Assembly (NCBI GenBank): GCA_017429985.1
Contig: JAFRNW010000019.1
Location: 13,291-77,290 of the forward strand
Source of the DNA: Clostridia bacterium
Lineage (GTDB): Bacteria > Bacillota > Clostridia > Christensenellales > CAG-138
Direction of reading: 5' to 3'
DNA length: 64,000 nucleotides
The notes under the pieces are model-generated. The model had not been told where the DNA came from and did no database searches. It saw only the letters and a program-made list of their open reading frames with translations. The position numbers and the translations under genes were made by a program. Below, in pieces: positions 10,049 through 20,347 of this stretch (positions are counted from its first letter, which is position 1; each line of letters opens with the position of its first letter).

Positions 10049-12442
10049 ATGTACATGGTAGTGAAAAGGGACGGTAAGGTCGTAGATTTTGATATCGACA
10101 AAATCCGCGTGGCTATTACCAAAGCGTTTGACGCGCTCGAGAAACAGTATCATCCCACGGTGATCAACATGCTCGCCCTGCAGGTGACGGCGGATTTTGA
10201 AAGCAAGATCCGGGACGAACACATCACGGTCGAGGACATTCAGGACAGCGTCGAGAAAGTCCTTTCCGAGGCGGGATTCGCTGATGTAGCGAAAGCATAC
10301 ATCCTTTACCGCAAACAGAGGGAAAACGTCCGCAACGTCAATTCCACACTGCTCAACTACAAAGAGCTTGTCGACAATTACCTGCGCGTCAACGACTGGC
10401 GCGTCAAGGAGAATTCAACGGTCACGTATTCCGTCGGAGGACTGATCCTTTCCAACTCCGGCGCGATCACGGCGAACTACTGGCTGAGCGAAGTCTATGA
10501 CGCCGAAATCGCAAACGCGCACCGCAGCGCCGCGATCCACCTCCATGATCTTTCCATGCTGACAGGATACTGCGCAGGATGGAGCCTGAAGCAGCTGATC
10601 CGCGAAGGGCTCGGCGGCATTCCGGGCAAGATCACTTCCTCCCCCGCAAGCCATCTCTCCACCCTCTGCAACCAGATGGTGAACTTCCTCGGCATCATGC
10701 AGAACGAATGGGCCGGCGCGCAGGCGTTCTCCTCTTTTGATACCTATCTTGCCCCGTTTGTCAAGGTGGACCATCTTTCCTACAAGGAAGTCAAGCAGTG
10801 CATCCAGTCCTTTATCTACGGCGTGAACACGCCGTCCAGATGGGGCACGCAGGCGCCGTTCTCCAACATCACGCTGGACTGGGTCGTTCCTGCCGACCTG
10901 AAGGACGTTCCCGCGATCGTCGGCGGCGAGGACATGGACTTCACGTACGGCGACTGCAAGGCGGAAATGGATATGGTCAACAAGGCCTTCATCGAGCTGA
11001 TGATCGAGGGAGACGCGAACGGCCGCGGTTTCCAGTATCCGATTCCCACCTATTCGATCACAAAGGATTTCGACTGGTCGGATACGGAAAACAACCGTCT
11101 GCTTTTCGAAATGACCGCCAAATACGGCACGCCGTATTTTTCCAACTATATCAATTCGGATATGGAACCGAGCGACGTCCGCTCCATGTGCTGCAGACTC
11201 CGTCTCGACCTGCGTGAACTGCGCAAGAAATCCGGCGGATTCTTCGGCTCCGGCGAATCAACGGGCAGCGTCGGCGTCGTTACCATCAACCTCCCGCGCA
11301 TCGCCTATCTTGCCACGGACGAGAAGGACTTCTATGCGCGTCTTGACAAGCTGATGGATATCGCTGCCCGCAGCCTGAAGATCAAACGCGACGTCATTAC
11401 GAAACTGCTGGAAAACGGCCTCTATCCGTACACGAAGCGGTATCTCGGAACATTCGCGAACCACTTCTCCACGATCGGCCTGATCGGAATGAACGAGGTC
11501 GGGCTGAACGCGAAATGGCTCCGCATGGATCTGACGCACAAGGAAACGCAGCAGTTCGCACAGGACGTTCTGAACCACATGCGGAACAGGCTGAGCGATT
11601 ACCAGGAGAGATACGGAGACCTCTACAACCTGGAGGCTACTCCCGCCGAATCCACAACCTACCGGTTTGCCAAGCACGACAAGGAGCAGTATCCGGACAT
11701 CATTACCGCCAACATGAACGGCACGCCGTATTACACGAACTCGTCCCACCTGCCCGTCGGCTATACGGAGGACATCTTTGCAGCGCTTGACGTCCAGGAC
11801 GACCTCCAGACGCTCTACACCTCCGGAACGGTGTTCCACGCGTTCCTCGGCGAGAAGCTGCCCGACTGGAAGTCCGCAGCGTCGCTGGTCAGGAAGATCG
11901 CGGAGAACTATAAGCTCCCGTACTACACCATGTCCCCGACCTACTCCGTCTGCAGCGACCACGGCTATCTGACCGGCGAGCAGTACGTCTGCCCGATCTG
12001 CGGCCAGAAGACGGAAGTGTACAGCCGCATTACCGGATACTACCGTCCTGTCCAGAACTGGAACGACGGGAAGGCGCAGGAGTTCAGAGACCGGCTCGTT
12101 TATGACGTTACAAATTCCTGCTGCATGAGGATGAAGGAGCCGAGACCGGAGGTCAAGGAACCTGTGGCGCCGGCAAACGCAGGCGCAGCGGCGGCCGCAC
12201 CGGTATCCGGCGTCCCGGTCATGTACGTCAAGGATCACTGCCCGAAGTGCAAGGGCGCGGAACAGAGGTTCCGCCTTGCAAAGGTGGCGTTCGAGACAGT
12301 CAACTGCTCGGAGCATCTGGAGATTGCCAGAGAGCTCGGGATCACGCAGACACCGACCATTATCGATCCGGACGGAACGAGATACGTCGGCGAGAGCGCG
12401 GCGATCGACTGGATCAAGATGCACAGGGCGGCAGTGAGCTGA
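10049..12442 (+). CDS. nrdD: Class III ribonucleotide reductase with ATP cone and C-terminal glutaredoxin-like domain
   Basis: VVKRDG ATP cone, SMCCRL, ATPAES, Zn site CSDH..CPIC, glycyl-radical motif RITGYY, C-terminal CPKC...TPT redoxin-like domain. Confidence 0.95.
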   Translation: MYMVVKRDGKVVDFDIDKIRVAITKAFDALEKQYHPTVINMLALQVTADFESKIRDEHITVEDIQDSVEKVLSEAGFADVAKAYILYRKQRENVRNVNSTLLNYKELVDNYLRVNDWRVKENSTVTYSVGGLILSNSGAITANYWLSEVYDAEIANAHRSAAIHLHDLSMLTGYCAGWSLKQLIREGLGGIPGKITSSPASHLSTLCNQMVNFLGIMQNEWAGAQAFSSFDTYLAPFVKVDHLSYKEVKQCIQSFIYGVNTPSRWGTQAPFSNITLDWVVPADLKDVPAIVGGEDMDFTYGDCKAEMDMVNKAFIELMIEGDANGRGFQYPIPTYSITKDFDWSDTENNRLLFEMTAKYGTPYFSNYINSDMEPSDVRSMCCRLRLDLRELRKKSGGFFGSGESTGSVGVVTINLPRIAYLATDEKDFYARLDKLMDIAARSLKIKRDVITKLLENGLYPYTKRYLGTFANHFSTIGLIGMNEVGLNAKWLRMDLTHKETQQFAQDVLNHMRNRLSDYQERYGDLYNLEATPAESTTYRFAKHDKEQYPDIITANMNGTPYYTNSSHLPVGYTEDIFAALDVQDDLQTLYTSGTVFHAFLGEKLPDWKSAASLVRKIAENYKLPYYTMSPTYSVCSDHGYLTGEQYVCPICGQKTEVYSRITGYYRPVQNWNDGKAQEFRDRLVYDVTNSCCMRMKEPRPEVKEPVAPANAGAAAAAPVSGVPVMYVKDHCPKCKGAEQRFRLAKVAFETVNCSEHLEIARELGITQTPTIIDPDGTRYVGESAAIDWIKMHRAAVS

Positions 12443-12579
12443 TCCGGAACGCCGAAAGAGATCAGAAGAACCATGCGCTGCGGCATGACCCGGTGCATGG
12501 TTCTGTTATAAAAGGCGGTCTGCGACGCGGGAGCGCGCTGCACTGAGACCGTCGCGACGGAAGAAGGAGAACGTGAAAC

Positions 12580-13488
12580 ATGTATGACATGATCATTATC
12601 GGCGGAGGGCCTGCCGGGCTGACGGCGGCGGTCTACGGAAGAAGGAACGGGAAAAGCGTTCTGGTGATCGAGAAGAGCGTGTTCGGCGGCCAGATCGTCA
12701 ATACGCCGAAAGTTGAAAACATCCCCGGATTCGCCGAGATCAGCGGCGATGAGTTTGCCGACCGGCTTCTCGACCAGGCGATGGGGCAGGGCGCCGAAGT
12801 GACGATCGAAAACGTAACCGAAGCGGAAAAGAAAGACGGGATCTTCGTCATCAACACGGAAGAGGGAGGCGTCTATCAGGGAAAGAGCCTGATTCTCGCA
12901 ACGGGAACGACCCACCGTGTTCTTGGACTGCCCGGGGAGGAGGATCTGATCGGCGACGGCATCCACTTCTGCGCGGTCTGCGACGGCGATCTTTATAAAG
13001 ATAAAAACGTCGTTGTCATCGGCGGCGGCAATTCCGCGTTCGTCGAAGCGAATACGCTCGTCGCGATTGCCGGGAAGCTGACCATGCTGCAGGATCTGCC
13101 GAAATTCACGGCGGACGCCAAATCGCAGGAGACGCTGTTTTCCCATCACAACGTGGAAACGCATCTTTCGACGACGGTCACGGGATACGTAACGGAGAAC
13201 GGAAGACTCACAGGCGTTACCTATATCGAGGGCGGTGAGAACAAGAAGGTCAGCTGCGACGGCGTGTTCCTTGCGGTCGGACTGATTCCGAACAACGGCC
13301 CGTTCGCGAATCTTGCACTGCTGAACCGCTGGGGCTATTTTGAAGCGGATGAAACTGGCGCAACCCGGACGGAAGGCGTATTTGTCGCGGGAGACTGCCG
13401 GTCCAAGACGCTGAGACAGGTCGCAACGGCCTGTTCCGACGGCGCCAACGCCGCGATCAACGCCTGCAATTATCTGTCCGCGACCTGA
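12580..13488 (+). CDS. trxB: Thioredoxin reductase-like FAD disulfide oxidoreductase
   Basis: GGGPAGLTAA, CAVCDG, GGGNSA, GVFVAGD. Confidence 0.88.
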   Translation: MYDMIIIGGGPAGLTAAVYGRRNGKSVLVIEKSVFGGQIVNTPKVENIPGFAEISGDEFADRLLDQAMGQGAEVTIENVTEAEKKDGIFVINTEEGGVYQGKSLILATGTTHRVLGLPGEEDLIGDGIHFCAVCDGDLYKDKNVVVIGGGNSAFVEANTLVAIAGKLTMLQDLPKFTADAKSQETLFSHHNVETHLSTTVTGYVTENGRLTGVTYIEGGENKKVSCDGVFLAVGLIPNNGPFANLALLNRWGYFEADETGATRTEGVFVAGDCRSKTLRQVATACSDGANAAINACNYLSAT

Positions 13489-13504
13489 GACAGTTCCCGC
13501 AGAA

Positions 13505-14236
13505 TCACTGCTTCCCGCAGCAGCGCCGGATTGCTTCTGCCGTGAAGCGGGCGGTTCCTTCGCCGCCTGCCGCGTCGATGTTCTTCGTGAACTCACCGCC
13601 GCTTTCATACGCGGCGCCGAGACTTAACAGGATCTCGTCCGTGCAGCGGTACATATGGTCCGTAATAAACTTTTGAAGTTTCCTCACCTGCGCCTGCGGT
13701 TCCGGATCGTCCGGCTGCAGGTTTTTCATTTGTCCGAATTCTGCAAACAGCCGCATCAGATCATCCGCAAAGGCGCTGTAATCGCTCCGCGTCCAGTTTC
13801 TGGTTCTGCCCTCGTATTCCCGGTAGGCGTCCGTGCTTCCCCATTCCTCTTTTGCCTGTTTCTCGTATTCCTCCAGCTTCGCTGTGTCAAATGCTGAAAA
13901 ATCCATCCCGTTTTCCCTCTTTTCTTTCAGTTCTATCGCATACCGTATTAATTGTTCCAGATGATCCTTTCTGAGCTTCAGCAGCGCGATCTGCTGGTCC
14001 AGAGCCTTATCCCGGTTAAAACCCGGGACGGTCATGATGGCGCGGATCTCTTTCAGGGGGAACTGCAGTTCCCGGAAAAGCAGGATCTGCTGAAGCGTTT
14101 CCAGGGAAGCGCCGTCATACAGACGGTACCCGGATTCCGTACGTTCCGCAGGACGCAGAAGACCGATCCTGTCGTAGTACTGAAGAGTGCGTATGCTGAT
14201 TCCCGTCAGTTTGCTGACCTCGTTGACCGTCATCAT
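13505..14236 (-). CDS. MerR-family regulator with TipAS-like effector domain
   Basis: TVNEVSKLTGISIRTLQYYDRIGLLRP...GYRLY; C-terminal F.KNID..GGEGTA. GGAGGTGA RBS. Confidence 0.9.
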   Translation of the reverse strand: MMTVNEVSKLTGISIRTLQYYDRIGLLRPAERTESGYRLYDGASLETLQQILLFRELQFPLKEIRAIMTVPGFNRDKALDQQIALLKLRKDHLEQLIRYAIELKEKRENGMDFSAFDTAKLEEYEKQAKEEWGSTDAYREYEGRTRNWTRSDYSAFADDLMRLFAEFGQMKNLQPDDPEPQAQVRKLQKFITDHMYRCTDEILLSLGAAYESGGEFTKNIDAAGGEGTARFTAEAIRRCCGKQ

Positions 14237-14261
14237 GGAAGGATCACCTCCGTACAGGATC

Positions 14262-14292
14262 ACTATAAACTATGACGTTACGTAAGAGTCAA
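14262..14292 (-). promoter_or_regulatory. MerR-type promoter with 19-bp spacer and dyad operator
   Basis: TTGACT-CTTACGTAACGTCATAGTT(19)-TATAGT; the spacer contains the dyad TTACGTAA. Confidence 0.8.
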
Positions 14293-14483
14293 TAGGCTTT
14301 CGGAGAATTGACCGTATGATCCTGCCGTATGATCCTGCCACCCTGAACTGCGGAAGAAGGGATGCTATCTGACCGCGTTCGTGATAAGATGTTTTTAGGC
14401 TGGCTGACGGATCCTCCGCAGCAGCGGGCCGTTCACTTCTGTCAAGATGGTCATCTGATATAACGTTTCGAAAGGAGCTCTCT

Positions 14484-15335
14484 ATGATCTACTTACTATT
14501 CAATCCGAAGGCAAACAACTCCAAAGGGGAACAGGATGCGAGAGAGTGGGCTAAAGCGCATCAGGTCGAAGGTGAATTCGTCAGCCTTCTGGACATCCGG
14601 GACATGAAAGGGTACCTTGACGGCCTGAAAGAAGGCGACGAGGTGATCCTGACGGGCGGGGACGGAACCGTCAACCGCTTCGCCAACGACATATACGGAT
14701 ACGAATTCAGAAATCCGGTTTACTACGCAAAATGCGGAAGCGGAAACGATTTCTGGAGGGACAACGAGAAATACGCAAAAGAGGACAGGCTGGATCTGCG
14801 CCCGTTTCTGAAAAACCTGCCCCTGGTCACCGTGAACGGGATCCAGAGACGGTTCCTGAACGGCATCGGCTACGGCCTGGACGGTGAGACCTGCAGGGTA
14901 GGGGATGTCCAGAGAGCGACTTCCGACAAGCCCGTTAATTACTCCGGCATCGCAATCAAACTGCTGCTGGGAGGCTATAAGCTGAACAAGGCGACCGTCA
15001 CGGTCGACGGGGTCACCGCTAAATACGAGAATGTCTGGCTTGCCTCGACGATGAAGGGGCGCTTTTACGGCGGGGGCCTGATGGTCGCGCCGGACCAGGA
15101 CAGGCTCAATGAGGAAGGCACCGTTACGTCCGTGACGATTTACAAGAAGAGCCGCCTGATCACCCTGATGAGATTTCCCTCTCTGAACAAGGGCGAACAC
15201 GTCAAGAAGAAAGACTGGATCACGGTCAAGACGGGGAAAAAGGTAACGGTATCCTTTGAAGAACCCTGCGCGCTGCAGATCGACGGAGACGTGGTCGAAA
15301 ACGTCCTGACCTATACCGTGGAAACAGGGGTATAA
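14484..15335 (+). CDS. Diacylglycerol/lipid kinase family protein
   Basis: LFNPKA, GGDGTVN, GSGNDF, FYGGG, QIDGD. Confidence 0.88.
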   Translation: MIYLLFNPKANNSKGEQDAREWAKAHQVEGEFVSLLDIRDMKGYLDGLKEGDEVILTGGDGTVNRFANDIYGYEFRNPVYYAKCGSGNDFWRDNEKYAKEDRLDLRPFLKNLPLVTVNGIQRRFLNGIGYGLDGETCRVGDVQRATSDKPVNYSGIAIKLLLGGYKLNKATVTVDGVTAKYENVWLASTMKGRFYGGGLMVAPDQDRLNEEGTVTSVTIYKKSRLITLMRFPSLNKGEHVKKKDWITVKTGKKVTVSFEEPCALQIDGDVVENVLTYTVETGV

Positions 15336-15338
15336 GGG

Positions 15339-16871
15339 ATGGAACGGTACGATGTTATCGTCATAGGCGCAGGGAACGGCGGTCTGGCCGCGGCCTGCAC
15401 CGTGCTGAATGCGGGGAAAAGCTGTCTGGTCTGTGAAAAGCACAATATCCCCGGGGGATTCGCGACCAGCTTTGTGAGAGGAAGATTCGAGTTCGAGGCT
15501 TCCCTTCATGAATTCAACGGGATCGGAACGCCAGAACACCCCGGCAGTACCCGGGAGCTCTTTATGAAGCTCGGCGTCGCGGACAAGATCGAGTGGATCC
15601 AGCTGAAGGATGCCTATCATCTGATATCCAAGGAGGAAGGGTATGACTTTGTCATGCCCTTCGGATACGAGGAATTCGCGAAAGCCAACAATATGCTGGA
15701 TCCGGACGGAGAGAAATACATCCGGGAGTTTTTCGCGCTGTGCGAAGAGATCCGGAATGCGATGGCCTATATCGGGGAGATGAAGGGAAAACCGGATCCG
15801 AACGTCATGGCGGAACGGTTCCCCAATTATCTGGCGTGCGGTTCGTATTCCGTCAATGAAGCGTTCGAAGCGCTGGGCTATCCCAAGGCGATCGTTGACA
15901 ATCTGAACACCTACTGGTGCTATCTCGGCGCGGACGGAGACAGCATGAGCTTTCTGCACTACGCCAACATGGTCTACAGTTATTTTTCCAAAGGGGCGGC
16001 AATTCCGAAACACCGTTCCCACGAACTGTCGCTTGCCTTCGAGGAGAGGATCCACGAACTCGGCGGCGAGATCTGGTTCAACAGCGAGGTTGCCAGGATC
16101 CTGACGGACGAAAACGGACATGTCCGCGGAGTCCGGCTGAAGGACGGGAGAGAGATCGCCAGCCGCCACGTCATTGCCAACTGCTCCCCGCATCTGGTCT
16201 ACGGAAGGATGATGGATCCGGAGGCGGTTCCGGAAAGGGCGCGCAGACTGACCAACTTCCGCAAATTCGCGGGACGCGGTTTCACGGTGTTCCTCGGGCT
16301 GAACAAAACAGCGGAGGAGCTGGGGCTTAAGGATCACAACTATTTCATTTACGACACGAGCAACAACATGAAGCAGTACGCCAGCATGAAGGAGCTGTTC
16401 AACTCCGCAGCCCAGGCGACCGTCTGCCTCAACAATGCCGATCCGGACTGCTCTCCTGCGGGAACCTGCATCGTCTATATGACGACGCTGTTCACCGACG
16501 ATGTCTGGAGCGGCGTTCGGGAAGAAGACTACTTCAAAACCAAAAACGAGATCGCCGCGTCCATGATCCGGCGCTTTGAGGAAGCGACAGGGGTCAACCT
16601 CCACGACCACATTGAGGAGATCGCCGTCGCGACCCCGCAGACCTACGCACGCTACTGCGGCCATCCGCAGGGAGTGATCTACGGCTACGAATCGCAGTAT
16701 TATGACGGACTGATGAACCGGATCCAGATGGTGGAAGAGGACCGGTTCGTTCCGGGGCTCAGAATCGCCGGAGGATACGGAGAAAGACTGCTGGGGTATC
16801 CCAGCAGCTACAAGTCCGGCGTCAACGAAGCCGGCAGGACCTTAAGAGATATGGCAAGGGAGGATGGCTAA
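15339..16871 (+). CDS. Phytoene desaturase/CrtISO/RetSat-like FAD oxidoreductase
   Basis: GAGNGGLAAA, EKHNIPGG...F.RGRFEFEASLH, ATPQTYARY...G.IYG. Confidence 0.8.
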   Translation: MERYDVIVIGAGNGGLAAACTVLNAGKSCLVCEKHNIPGGFATSFVRGRFEFEASLHEFNGIGTPEHPGSTRELFMKLGVADKIEWIQLKDAYHLISKEEGYDFVMPFGYEEFAKANNMLDPDGEKYIREFFALCEEIRNAMAYIGEMKGKPDPNVMAERFPNYLACGSYSVNEAFEALGYPKAIVDNLNTYWCYLGADGDSMSFLHYANMVYSYFSKGAAIPKHRSHELSLAFEERIHELGGEIWFNSEVARILTDENGHVRGVRLKDGREIASRHVIANCSPHLVYGRMMDPEAVPERARRLTNFRKFAGRGFTVFLGLNKTAEELGLKDHNYFIYDTSNNMKQYASMKELFNSAAQATVCLNNADPDCSPAGTCIVYMTTLFTDDVWSGVREEDYFKTKNEIAASMIRRFEEATGVNLHDHIEEIAVATPQTYARYCGHPQGVIYGYESQYYDGLMNRIQMVEEDRFVPGLRIAGGYGERLLGYPSSYKSGVNEAGRTLRDMAREDG

Positions 16872-18027
16872 TATGATTTTTCAGCGCAGTAAAACTCCCG
16901 GCGAGGATATCCGGCGTTTCCTGTCCATGACCTCCCAGCGCCGCAGGCTGATCGATGAGAGCTCCGACGCTCTTCCGACAGCGGATTTTGCGGTCAATCA
17001 GCTGTCCCAGAAACTGCATCCCGGCATTTTCAGGGCAGTGATCGCAGGAAAGGAACCGGTTGGGTGCAACGCCGCGAAGATAACGCTTCTGCCGGCGGAA
17101 GGTACGCATTTCCCGTATTTCCGGGCGGGTCAGTTTGTCACGCTCTCCAGCCGTGTCGGGGACAGTTTCCTGACCAGAGCCTATTCTCTCGCGTCTTCCC
17201 CCGGCGAAGCGCGCAGAGGCGTCATGGAGATCATTGTCCAGGAGAACGGACTTTATTCCGGCTACCTTCTGCATCAGGCAAAGACCGGAGAGACCGTCAG
17301 CGTCGGGGAGCCGAGCGGTGATTTCTATCATGACAGCATTAGAGACCGGGGACATGTACTTGCCGTTGCCGGAGGGAGCGGCGTCACGCCGTTTCTGTCC
17401 ATGATGAAAGCGATCCGGGAGGGCAGCGAGGACTTCCGGCTGACGCTGCTTTACGGCGTCAGAAAACTGGACGACGCGCTGTTCGACCCGGATTCGTTCC
17501 GGGACGACAGAATCCGGATCGAACTGATCCTGTCTGAAGAGGAGAGAGAGGGCTTCCGGCACGGGTTCATTACCAGGGATCTGCTGAAAGACTGCATTGA
17601 CGGGGAAACAAGCGTCTTCATGTGCGGACCGGACGCCATGTACCGCTATGTCGGCGGAGAGCTGGAAGCGCTGGGGATCGGACCGCATGCGGTCCGCCGC
17701 GAGCACAACTCGATCGGCATGCGCGAGGTTCCCGAACAGAAGGTGTTCCGTCTTACGGTGCACATCCGGGACGAGCGGTATGTTCTGGAAGCGCGCAACG
17801 ACGAGACGCTTCTGACGGCGCTGGAGAGAGCGGGGATACCTGCGGTCAGCCGCTGCCGCAGCGGCGTCTGCGGATTCTGCCACAGCAGACTGGTGAAGGG
17901 CATGTTTACCGTTCACGATCATGAGGATCACCGCCGCGCGGCGGATATCAAGTTCAACTACCTGCATCCGTGCTGCAGTTATCCGGAATCCGATATGGAG
18001 ATCGAGATACCGGTTTTCAACGTTTAG
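16864..18027 (+). CDS. FAD/NAD(P)-binding reductase with C-terminal 2Fe-2S ferredoxin
   Basis: RAYSLAS, AGGSGVTP, MCGP, CRSGVCGFC...C. Confidence 0.88.
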   Translation: MANMIFQRSKTPGEDIRRFLSMTSQRRRLIDESSDALPTADFAVNQLSQKLHPGIFRAVIAGKEPVGCNAAKITLLPAEGTHFPYFRAGQFVTLSSRVGDSFLTRAYSLASSPGEARRGVMEIIVQENGLYSGYLLHQAKTGETVSVGEPSGDFYHDSIRDRGHVLAVAGGSGVTPFLSMMKAIREGSEDFRLTLLYGVRKLDDALFDPDSFRDDRIRIELILSEEEREGFRHGFITRDLLKDCIDGETSVFMCGPDAMYRYVGGELEALGIGPHAVRREHNSIGMREVPEQKVFRLTVHIRDERYVLEARNDETLLTALERAGIPAVSRCRSGVCGFCHSRLVKGMFTVHDHEDHRRAADIKFNYLHPCCSYPESDMEIEIPVFNV

Positions 18028-18045
18028 CCGTAAGGAGAATACGGA

Positions 18046-18707
18046 ATGACACTGTTTATCGTTGTTTACCTGCTGGCATTATGCTGCTACTTCTACACAA
18101 GAACGTCCGGCAATAAAAAGTACAGGGCCGTTAACAAATACATCATGGCGACCATGTACCTGGTTTTCGCGTTCGTTACGTTTCATCAGAGATATGAACT
18201 GGTCAGCTATGAGACCGTCCTGCTGCTGGCGCTGTTCCTGGCGTGGATGGGGGATGTTTTCCTGGTCTTCGATTTTGGAAGGGGCGGGACTTTTTCCTTT
18301 GCGGGAACTATGCGTTCATCACCTATTACATTCTGACTTTCTATGACCGGGGGTACACACTGGGAGACTTTTGGTGGGCGTTTGTTCTGGCGTGGGTCAT
18401 GCTTACGGGATTTATTCTGGGCTGCCAGTTCAAGCCGGAAACCTTTAAGCTGGGCAAGATGCGGTGGCCGATGACGCTCTATCTGTGCTCCATCTTTTCT
18501 CACGGCATGTGCGGTCTCGCGGCGGTCATCCTGCTGACGGGAACCCGGTTTGCAATGATGGGCGTCGGCTCTCTGCTGTTCATGGTATCCGATATGATCC
18601 TGACGCTGGACCGCTATATCGTGAGAGGGAACAAATGGATCGTCCGGGCCAACAGCCTGACCTATTTTACCGGACTGCTGCTGATCGTTCTCAGCATGGC
18701 GAAATGA
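18046..18707 (+). pseudogene. YhhN/lysoplasmalogenase-like membrane protein with a 1-nt frameshift (pseudogene or sequence error)
   Basis: Frame A ends ...AWMGDVFLVFDFGRGG and frame B continues DFFLCGN...GSLLFMVSDMIL...LTYF. One G appears to be missing at about 18286 (GGCGGG^ACTTTTT). Confidence 0.65.
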
Positions 18708-18779
18708 AAAGAATGTTCCGGGCGGTGACAATCGTTACTGCATATCCCGGGGACGGCATGGAACGGAAAGGAACAGTCA

Positions 18780-20120
18780 GTGAAGAAAACAAAGAAAAAG
18801 GGATCTTTTATTAAAGTGCTGCTGATCATCATTGGAATTCTTGCCGGGATCTTTCTGATCCTGCTGCTGACGAACTGGGGGGTCTCTCTTGCGCTCCGCC
18901 ATTATGTCCGCTCCTTTGAGCCGGTCGAATACGCGGACACAGACAGGATCGTGCCGGAATATGACGAGGCGCTCGGTCATTACACGGTCACGGCGGAACG
19001 GGACCTGAAGATCATGATGCTGACGGACATCCACATCGGAGGCGGATGCTGGAGTTTTAGGAACGATAAAAAAACCGTCTTTGAAGTGATCTCCATGCTC
19101 CGGAAGGAGAAGCCGGATCTGGTGATCCTCTGCGGGGACAACACCTTCGCCGTGCCGGGGCCGCTTTTCAACGGCGGCGGTACGCTCAACAACAACATGG
19201 CCGCAAAGGACGTGATCGAGATCTTTGAACACGAAGGAGTCTATTTCACGACCGTATTCGGAAACCATGACACGGAGGCCTTCGGATATACGGACCGGAT
19301 CCATCTGGGAAGGACCTACCAGAACAGCAAGCTGAAATACAGCCTGTTCCGGTCGGAATTTTCCGATCCGGAGGCGGACCGGCCGAGCGTCACGAATCAG
19401 ATCCTCGTCGTGAAGAACGCGGACGGCAGCATCGGGAAACTGATCCTTCTGATGGACACCAATGATTATATCGACGGGAGCTTTTCATCGACGCTCAACT
19501 GGAGATATGACACGATCCACGAGTCACAGATCCGCTGGGCGAAGGAGGAGATCCTTGCGCTGTCCCGGAAAGCCGGGACGGGAAACGGAGAGACGTTGAA
19601 AACGCTGTGCTTCTTCCATATTCCGATCGGCGAGTATGAAACGGCATATCGGGAGCTTTTCCTGAACGATTTTCAGGATACGGAGAACAGTTCGTATATT
19701 GAAGGAGTCTGGGACGAAAAGATAGACGATGAGATGGGAGGCAGGATCTGGTTCGGCGGATGCCATCATACGGACCAGAAGCCGGAACACGCCGACGGTT
19801 TCTTTGAGACGCTTGGCCCGGACGGAATCGACACGCTTGAAGCATGTTTCTGCGGTCACGATCATGTGAATTCCGCGGTGGTCCGGTACAAGGGAGTCAT
19901 ACTCGGCTACGGGCTGTCGGTGGACAACAACGCGTATGACGACATCCGTTATCATGGCCTTCAGAGGGGATGCACGGTATTTACGCTGAAGGACGGCGGG
20001 GACTGGTCCTACCAGCATAAAAACGCATATCTGGATTATGAAATTCCGACGGATACGTTCAATTCCATTCGACTTGACACGCATCTGTATCCGGACTGGG
20101 TTCCTTCCAAGCCTAATTGA
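18780..20120 (+). CDS. Membrane-anchored calcineurin-like metallophosphoesterase
   Basis: N-terminal TM segment; DIH, GD, GNHD, FFHIP, GHDH motifs. Confidence 0.88.
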   Translation: MKKTKKKGSFIKVLLIIIGILAGIFLILLLTNWGVSLALRHYVRSFEPVEYADTDRIVPEYDEALGHYTVTAERDLKIMMLTDIHIGGGCWSFRNDKKTVFEVISMLRKEKPDLVILCGDNTFAVPGPLFNGGGTLNNNMAAKDVIEIFEHEGVYFTTVFGNHDTEAFGYTDRIHLGRTYQNSKLKYSLFRSEFSDPEADRPSVTNQILVVKNADGSIGKLILLMDTNDYIDGSFSSTLNWRYDTIHESQIRWAKEEILALSRKAGTGNGETLKTLCFFHIPIGEYETAYRELFLNDFQDTENSSYIEGVWDEKIDDEMGGRIWFGGCHHTDQKPEHADGFFETLGPDGIDTLEACFCGHDHVNSAVVRYKGVILGYGLSVDNNAYDDIRYHGLQRGCTVFTLKDGGDWSYQHKNAYLDYEIPTDTFNSIRLDTHLYPDWVPSKPN

Positions 20121-20347
20121 ACATAAGTAACGGATACAACAGACAATACCGCAAATGTTCCGCTGAAACGGAAAATCTGCGGTATTTCTTTATTATCACG
20201 CCAACAGGGAACGGGATTTCTGCCGGACGCAGGGGGCAGGCGAGGCAAGGGAAGGAAGCAACGAATCCGGACATCTGCTCCGGAGAGCTTTTTTCTGTAA
20301 ATTCGTTCGGGAGCATCGCAGGGCAACACAAAAGCGCAATGATAAAC

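Noticed and set aside
14496-16664. 722-aa minus-strand ORF and similar long antisense ORFs (e.g. 43504-45255, 22059-23441, 12235-13608, 53530-54900)
   Set aside because: Shadow ORFs opposite well-supported genes in GC-rich DNA, with no recognisable motifs.
15339-16871. Carotenoid biosynthesis gene crtI
   Set aside because: Family similarity only; no crtB or crtE is nearby, so no symbol was assigned.
20121-20345. Possible structured RNA in the intergenic gap
   Set aside because: Only weak hairpins, with no recognisable riboswitch or ncRNA consensus.
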